From positions 21,228,560 to 21,292,559 of the forward strand of contig NC_134027.1 in NCBI RefSeq assembly GCF_964204645.1: a DNA stretch of 64,000 bases. Reading direction: 5' to 3'. The notes under the pieces were generated by a model that worked only from the letters and a program-made list of their open reading frames with translations, searched no databases and was not told the origin of the DNA. The stretch comes from Tubulanus polymorphus (Eukaryota > Animalia > Nemertea). The position numbers and the translations under genes were made by a program. Shown one piece after another: positions 56,075-64,000 of the stretch (position 1 is the stretch's first letter; every line of letters starts with the position of its first letter).

Positions 56075-58117
56075 CTACAAAACGAAGTAGAAATTAACTT
56101 AACAAGAAATCTGCTTTTGATATCAAATAGTAAAACAAAAATACAATTTCATAGTCACTGAGCTTCGCAAAAGTTTTTACTTCTGAATTGTTTGTTGCCA
56201 AACGATTGAACAGAAAAAAATCAAATTTTGATACCTTTACTGTAAGCCCAATCAATAAGCGGTGTCAGATTCAACAACGTTTTTTGGCGTTTTTCTGAAA
56301 TGACAAAATATCGAATTAACTCACCCGTTTAAATAGTTTAACCAATTAAATGATTGCATGATTTATTGGACAGGTGCAAATGATAAAATGCAATAATCAT
56401 ATGCAGCATCTTGTTTTTGAAAATAAACACGGCCATAAAGTCGGTGCAATATCATAGATCACCGAGTTAGGTTGTAAATGATTCAACTGATAGGAGCAAG
56501 GTACGGGCTGGATCTGTCTCGTTCCGGTGTCCGTTCCGTTCTCAAAAATACTGTACGGGTTTTTCGTTACTTCCATCTTATTGCGAGGGCATATTGGCCA
56601 GAAACGAAGATTCCTTTTCGAATCTGAAGCCTGCTATTTCGTGTTTCTTAAATGAGTACGGTAAATGTCAAAATGCCATTATTTACATAGAAATGTCTCT
56701 CCGTCATGAAATGGTGCTAAATTTCTAAAATAATTTCTTACATCATTTCAAAGAGCCTGTTATTTCATTTCTTTTTCGTGCTGGGCTGCTCCGAAGCTGT
56801 ATTGCGGTTCCATCGGCCATTTTGATTGAGCACTTTCCCTTCAACTGAATATATACATGTACCTTCAATTGATAATCTTAAAGTAATATAATGATCTGTA
56901 TGTTGAACTGTCTGTATGTTGAACTGTACCCACGTATCGGGACGCCCGGTATCCTGTTTCGGACGGATTGACTGCATACATAATCTTTTATCGCTTGCTA
57001 ATTTCATAACACACATGAATATTATTCTGTTTTATTTGTCAAATGCACTCGATTTAATGACTTGTTTATGGTGGCTGATAATTCCCAACATTATTATTGA
57101 TTTTATTACAACAGCGATGAATTAACGAAAAATGAAATGGCATAGAACAAAAAAAAATGAAAAAATGAAGTGCAAAGCAGGGATACCGGGTTTTCCGTTA
57201 TCTTACATTTACCAATCTAATACAATTAATATCTATTCTATGTACATAGTTTCCTGGAAATCGGTCAGTGAGATACGAGGTATGTGCTACCAGTGCACCG
57301 TAGATAGGGTGGCCACGGATTTAAATCAACTTCGGTTTGTAACGAAAAACTTTGGTGGTCATGCGGGGCTAGAAAATCAATCGTGGTCATTTTTCTCACC
57401 GCATCTTTCATGGCAAAATTGATTTTAAAAAGTTGACGTCCCTAGATGGCGAATTCAAAGATCGAGAGAGTTGATGGTTAGGTTGAAGGGTTTCCTAGTA
57501 TTTCAGTATAAAAAAGTGTATATCATTGACTAATTCAGTACAGAGGTTGCATCGTACAGAATAGATCCGTGATAAAATGTCGGGTCAGATCTGAGGACAG
57601 CGGGTTCCAAGAAATTGGCAGAAAACCCTACATATTCAGAGGGATTGTCTACCAGAGATACTTAAATCGTTTAATTACTTGCGTTTTAAGGCAATCAGTG
57701 CAAATGAAACTGTTAGTATACATGCGTGAGACATAAACAGATGAGCATTCATTTTCCAGTTCCTGATATGAAATATCGATTTTATAATAGTGAAAACATG
57801 GAAAGCAAATATAAGAATATCAAGTCAAAAAGATTCATCAATTATTTCTATAATCATAATCTGTCACATAGCGATAAGCATATGCAATTTGATAGAAGTC
57901 TTCGTTATTCCTCTGTGAATTTGTCGAGAAAGTACGTACAGACTTATTCACATCCAGGTAAAGTATATTTGCAACGAAAATGGGATATTTGATTTAATAG
58001 TTTACTCAGCTTTAAAAGAATAACATTAACGTATTTTATAATTATATCAAACGACAAAACATTCTGCTTTGATAAGTCTGATAATCAATATTTACATTTG
58101 CATTTCATTTTGCAGCA

Positions 58118-59760
58118 ATGAAGCAAACGTTGGTTATTTCGATTTTTGTGCTCATAGTATTAAATGGCGTTATATCCGAGGTAGTTAAAGCTACGAGCAA
58201 TTCTGAAAGATAATTGCTCGTAGGTTAAAGCAAGTGACTTCTTTTTGACTTTTGAATACCATGTATGTACACGTGATTCGCGAGATGATTATTTCTGTAT
58301 AATTCAGGTTAATTCAGAGCTGACTTTAAACTCACTGGACTTCCTTGTCAGCATAAACGACGTCGAGAAATTGAGAAATTACCACGGCCTGAGCCAGCTA
58401 ACAGAAATAATAAGTTAGGTTTCGATGATCAGATGGGTTCTTGGTAAACGTCCTGTAAAAGAGTCCAGTATTCGTTTTTTTCACAACTCATAATCATATT
58501 TCGTATTCATTCATCTAGAAAATTTGGAGGACCAAACTTTGTCCAAAATTCAAAACCTAGAAAATAGATTGGCTAGGCTTCAAAACGAATGTGGTGAGCA
58601 ACATAATGTATATGCCACATAACCTTCAGTATGGTTATCATTGACCGAAACTAATTCTACGTTGTTAACGTAACATTATCATTTAGCAAATAAGCGATCG
58701 AACATTGCGATTAATGCTACAAAGAAAATGAAAGATATCAACAAAAAATTTAGTAAGTATAACAATGCTTTTAGCTTTTTGCAAGTTGAACTTGAACTTG
58801 AACACGTTTTGAAGCATTCATGGATAATTTACAGATAAACATACGGCTCAGCTTGTTGGCATCGTTGACAATTTATGTAAGTAGCCCTCAGACAAAACTA
58901 TGTCTATTAGTCGATCGTTAATGATTTATTTGTCTCATTCAAAAACGGTGCTTGCTACTGTAGCTCCAATTCTTACTACTTCGACAACCACAACAACAAC
59001 AACAACTACACCGACGACTACTGTGACTTCACCGGATACTGATCCCACGACTTCCCCAACTAAACCTACACGTAAGATTCATTCTTTCTATATTAAGTAC
59101 CGGTACATACATTTCTTTACGGGTATTTTGACGGAGATTAACTCCCACTTCAAACTCCAAAATCCAAGTTGGGATTCGCCGATCATAATTGGAACCCCCA
59201 TTTCTCGGCAAGTGGTTATTTGCTCCTAATCAACGCCCCTAGCCCTAATTACGTAACTACTAGTAACTGGTAGTCACTAGTAGTTACATATAGAGCTTTA
59301 GCCTTGACAAGTCTCTTTAGATATCGTTTGGGTTAGTGAATATTACAGATATTCGATATATTGCCATGGGCTCTTAAACGAACTCGTTTTACAGTCCATG
59401 ATATTAGGTTATTTCTGATTCGTTTGTGCATGAACCTTAGAATCCATGGTTTGTGTCATACAAGTTTCACTCTGATATCAGCGAGTTGTCTGTCCGTTCC
59501 TTAAAACGGTTTCTTTTTCTGTAGCCCGGTGCAAGATGGTCCTACAGAAGAATACATTCGTCAAATTAAACGGCCCTCAAGATCGAAGTGGAAAGTACAG
59601 CGAATCGCCTAGCGCTTGCAACAGGAGGTGCATACGCGAAAAACGTTGCATAGCTGTGGATTATTGGAAACCTGACGAGAGTTGTATCATGATCTACCGA
59701 TTCACCAAGAAAGGAACGGACAGCTCATACGACACATATTGGAAAAAGTGTCAATCCTAA
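58118..59760 (+). CDS. Secreted protein: signal peptide, coiled-coil, Thr-rich linker, C-terminal PAN/apple-like domain
   Basis: Seven exons join in frame (starts 58118, 58308, 58519, 58687, 58835, 58963, 59525); last exon C..CNRRC..C.AVDY..C..C. Confidence 0.65.
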
Positions 59761-60278
59761 TATTTTGTATCAAATACATCAAGATTATATGTCTGCAAAT
59801 GCACAGTTCCGCCATTAAATGTTGATATGTATTGATCATCATTATGATCGACATTTTGGTTCTACGCATTTTGTGTCTCGTAATGATTTATATTCTGTCC
59901 TTGGGAAAAAAGGTGGTGATGTGTAAACGGAGAAAAAGACAGTGACACGTGTTAATAAAGAATCGCATGGGACACGACATAGGGAAAATAGCGCTAAATC
60001 CAGAGAAGCAGGGAAACACGGAAGACCTGCGCCATGTCTCTTTTACCAGAAACATGGTTTCGGGGACAATTTCCTAGATCAGGTTTGTTCATGTGTCTGT
60101 GTATCCCGGCGCCCCCGCGTGTGTTGGGTACACGTTGATAACAATTCTGGCCCATCGTGTTCGGCCAGTTATAATCGTGAATCAGAAGCAGATGCGGAAG
60201 TATCAGAATTCATTAGCTGAAAGTATAATAAACTATCTATGGAAGAAATACAGACAAGTTGCAACCGGCGAAGCTCAG

Positions 60279-63067
60279 GGGCCGTATTCACGAAGCACCC
60301 GTAAGCCTACGTGTCACGTAAGTCTGCCCGTAAGTTCACACGTAGAGAAAATACCTTATTCACGAAGCACCCTTAGGTCGCGCCTCACCTCTGAAAATTA
60401 CGGATTTTATATTATTATTATTGTTATTATTGTTAAGTGTTTAGGACAACAGAATCGATATGAACAGTGGGTTCTATTTTATTCCAGCATTACTTATTCT
60501 TTGTGAATAAAACCTACATGTTTTCCATCATATTTACCTCAACAAAAAGAGAGTGAGAATATTCGTAATTTGGTAGAATATGACTCTGACTTAGAACCGA
60601 TTTCAATTTATTCATCGAAATATATTTATACTGAAAAAATTCGTAACAGAAAAACAGAACACTGAAAACAAAACATTAGATCACATAAGATGTTGAAATG
60701 GGTTGGCACCACGTAACGCTGCGTGAGAACCAACCATGTTGGCCTGGTGAATAAACGCAGTCACCCTAGTTTTGGCATGTTGAATAAACGCAGTAACCCT
60801 AGTGTTGGCCTGTTGAATAAATGCAGTAACCCTAGTGTTGACCTGTTTAAAAAAACGAGGTTGCCCTAGTGTTGGCCTGTTGAATAAACGTAGTTACACT
60901 AGTGTTGGCCTGGTGAATAAACGCAGTCACCCTAGTTTTGGCATGTTCAATAAACGAAGTATCCCTAGTGTTGGCCTGGTGAATAAATGCAGTAACCCTA
61001 GTGTTGGCCTGGTGAATTAATGCAGTAACCCTAGTGTTGGCCTGTTTAATAAACGTAATTGCCCTAGTGTTGGTCTGGTGAATAAACGTATTTACCCTAG
61101 TGTTGGCCTGTCTAGTAAACGTAGGTACCCTAGTGTTGGCCTGTCTAATAAAAGTAGTAACACTAGTGTTGGCCTGTTTAATAAACGTAGTTACACTAGC
61201 GTTGGCCTGTTTGATAAATGCAGTAACCCCAGTGTTGGCCTGTCTAATAAAAGTAGTTACCCTAGTGTTGGCCTGTTTAATAAACGCAGTAACCCTAGTT
61301 TTGGCATATTCAATAAACGCAGTAACCCTAGTGTTGGCCTGTTTAATAAACGTAGTTACCCTAGTGTTGGCCTGTTTGATAAACGCAGTAACCCTAGTGT
61401 TGGCCTGTTTAATAACGTAGTTACACTAATGTTGGCCTGTTTAATAAACGTAGTTACTCTAGTGTTGGCCTGTTTAATAAACGCAGTAACCCTAGTGTTG
61501 GCCTGTTTAATAAACGCAGTAACCCTAGTGTTGGCCTGTTTAGTAAACGCAATAACCCTAGTGTTGGCCTGTTTAATAAACGTAGTTACCCTAGTGTTGG
61601 CCTGATTGATAAACGCAGTAACCCTAGTGTTGGCCTGTTTAATAAGCGTAGTTACCCTAGTGTTGGCCTGGTGAATAAACCGGCCAGGTCACTTATGTGA
61701 ATTCAAATAACATTTGTAATCAGTCCATTTCTATAGCTGCCCGATCAGTGGTTAGCCTGATCGTGATTGTATGTACTGTATAGATAGGCAATAGGTAAAC
61801 GGAGAAACAAGTTATCCTTTTAGCCTTTAGATGCACGAAAAAGCAATTTCACAACTAGCATTTGGCAAGGTTTTTATTTTCATTTGGTGAAAAATTAAAC
61901 ATGAATTTTTGGAAATATTAGGCTAGACAGACATCATTCAGGCATTCACTTATATACCAGGGCGTTTTTCAAAGCGTCGATAAGTATGGTGGCTGATAAG
62001 GGCCATGGAAATATTTCCTGACAAAAAATAATTTCATGAAAAATAAATTTCTATCGGCGACATGTTCAAAATGTAACTTTCCATACATCTATGTATATAT
62101 ATATACGGATCCGGGAACCAGCAACCGGTAGCTGGCTCCCGGTTCGGCGACCGGTTCATAATTTCGCCGAACCGGGAACCGGGAACCGATAGCCAGCTTC
62201 ACGGGGGTATGAAATTAGCGTTCTACGATCTTGCGGGATTTCCTAATGCAGGGTGTATGGATGGCAGCCTCGTTGAATTGAATGCACATTTCGCCGATGG
62301 AAGATGCGATGGTTGGTGTGCCATAATTTTGGTAAGTTCGATTAATGTCAAGTGTGCAACACACCATTACAATCATGAATCGATGGTATCTGATATTAAC
62401 AAAAAGATACCTGAAATAATTCTAAATTTAGGAAGCATGTGTATATTCTGGACTAAACCGAATGAATGTTACCAATGAGTGGATCATTTGATCCTCAAAT
62501 TTTCCTAAGGCCAGCGTCTGGACAGGGTTTCGTCAATGATGGTTCGAAGAATAATATACGCTTTGTTGTTTAAGTGCCGGTGCGTGATTTACGGGTGAAC
62601 TTAAGACTTTTTTATTTAAGAACTCGAATCAACACGGATAGAATCGCCCATTTATTTAAGCAACGCGCCTACAACGATTTGCCTACAACGTCCATTTATT
62701 TAACCAAATCGCCAATGGGAGTACCCAACGCGACCAAATCGCTCATCGAAGCGCTTTGATTCGATTTGCTACAGCAGTGGAGCGTTCGATGATAGATCAA
62801 AAACAAAATGGCGGCTTTTTCAATCGCAGAAAATTCAGGTTCCGGTTGTGGAGAGTAGGGTCATTTATTTAAGGCGATTCGATTTGTACTACGTGACAGT
62901 AATCGACGGAGCAAAGCGATTTTATACGAATTGCTTGAATAAAAACGCCTTTAAACTTACGGGTAGTTTCGTGAATACCACGTAGACAACCCGTAAGTTC
63001 GCCGGAAGATTACCCGCAAATCGTACCACGTGACACTAAACTTACGGGTGCTTCGTGAATACGGTCC
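60279..63067 (+). mobile_element. PIF/Harbinger non-autonomous remnant
   Basis: TIR GG(G/A)CCGTATTCACGAAGCACCCGTAAG, CAG TSD on both sides, and transposase remnant FYDLAGFPNAGCMDGS at ~62221. Confidence 0.8.
60737..61680. repeat. 33-bp minisatellite, about 28 copies
   Basis: AGTAACCCTAGTGTTGGCCTGTTTAATAAACGC unit; 11-aa periodicity in the ORF track. Confidence 0.95.
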
Positions 63068-63781
63068 CAGGGCGGTGATCGTGCCGCGTGTCCGTCACAT
63101 TAAATTCATTCACTAGAACTCTTCCTCCATTTTTTGTATTTCTAAATTGAGATCTTATTATGAGATCGTATTTTAACCTCTAGATCTTATCATTTAGCAC
63201 GACAAATCGAAATCGTACTTATCAAATTTGCCGGATAACTTACCAAATCAAACTTACCAAATCAAATTTGTAAAGTCCTTAACGTAAAGTTATGCCAGGA
63301 TAAATTATCCTGGCATAATCAAATTTGATTGGGTCTAATTTTTGAAATTAACACGGTAATTCAAAGCGATTTATCAAAGGCGTATTTAATACATCAAATC
63401 AAATTTGATTTTAATTAAAATCGTTTTTATCTTGTCATAATCAAATTCCATTTGGTCTAATTTTTGAATTTTACACGGCATCAAATACAAATCGATTCGT
63501 CAAATCATAAAATCACCCCCGGAGGTGATTTGATACGATTTGAAGATGGTGGACTCACAAATTCTTTTTCGAAAAACTGATATAAATGTCAAAACTGAAA
63601 GAGAAACCTAAATATAGATACGCTCTAAAAACCGGGACAGTATTTTCTTGTCAGCAGTTTGGAACAAGGCATCAAATTCATCCTGTTGTGTAAATCTTAT
63701 TTGATTAGATTACACGTGACTAGCAAATTATGTAGGCCGGGAAAAATCAACTTAATCTGATTTAGATCTTAGGAAGAGAGT

Positions 63782-63998
63782 TCAAGTATCTGAAAAACCA
63801 TTTAGCGATAACACTAAAAACCTCTCATTTTTTAATGAGTAAAGACAGTTTATAAAGACAGTTTAAACATTTGATTCACTTGTATTTAACGTGATGAGGG
63901 GATATGATCCCGAAAACGTTCGTGTCAATAAACTGTCTTTACTCATTAGAAAATGAGGTTTTTAGTGTTATCGCTTCTATGGTTTATCTGATTTGACA
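63782..63998. repeat. Inverted repeat / MITE, may extend beyond window
   Basis: GCGATAACACTAAAAACCTC..ATGAGTAAAGACAGTTTA and its reverse complement. Confidence 0.65.
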
Positions 63999-64000
63999 AG

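Noticed and set aside
60737-61680. CRISPR-like array or repetitive protein (ORFs 61078-61605, 61100-61420)
   Set aside because: Head-to-tail 33-bp units with no unique spacers, in eukaryotic context; the ORFs arise because the unit is a multiple of 3.

Overview
Eukaryotic (invertebrate animal-type, intron-rich, AT-rich) genomic DNA in two parts. Positions ~1-30.75 kb are a nest of at least three decayed, mutually inserted Maverick/Polinton (adintovirus-like) elements. They show AGTAGT...ACTACT termini (one complete TIR pair, 11805-20659), protein-primed DNA polymerase B copies, a packaging ATPase fragment, major/minor capsid and core-protein remnants and tandem-PC4 genes. They are interleaved with about 15 small intronless RING-finger genes or pseudogenes. 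The most striking observation is that these RING genes end in a replication-dependent-histone-type 3' signal: a 6-bp stem/4-nt loop with compensatory changes, plus an AGAAAGAG U7-binding element 13-14 nt downstream. By contrast the polymerase and PC4 genes are spliced and carry AATAAA. The polymerase itself appears to be a 5-exon gene with a 7-zinc-finger N-terminus. Positions ~30.75-64 kb are host sequence: a complete 7-exon eIF6 gene, tRNA-Glu(CTC), two paralogous secreted prepro-protein genes, a secreted coiled-coil/mucin/PAN protein gene, MITEs and a Harbinger remnant carrying a 33-bp minisatellite. All calls come from manual reading; no searches were run.
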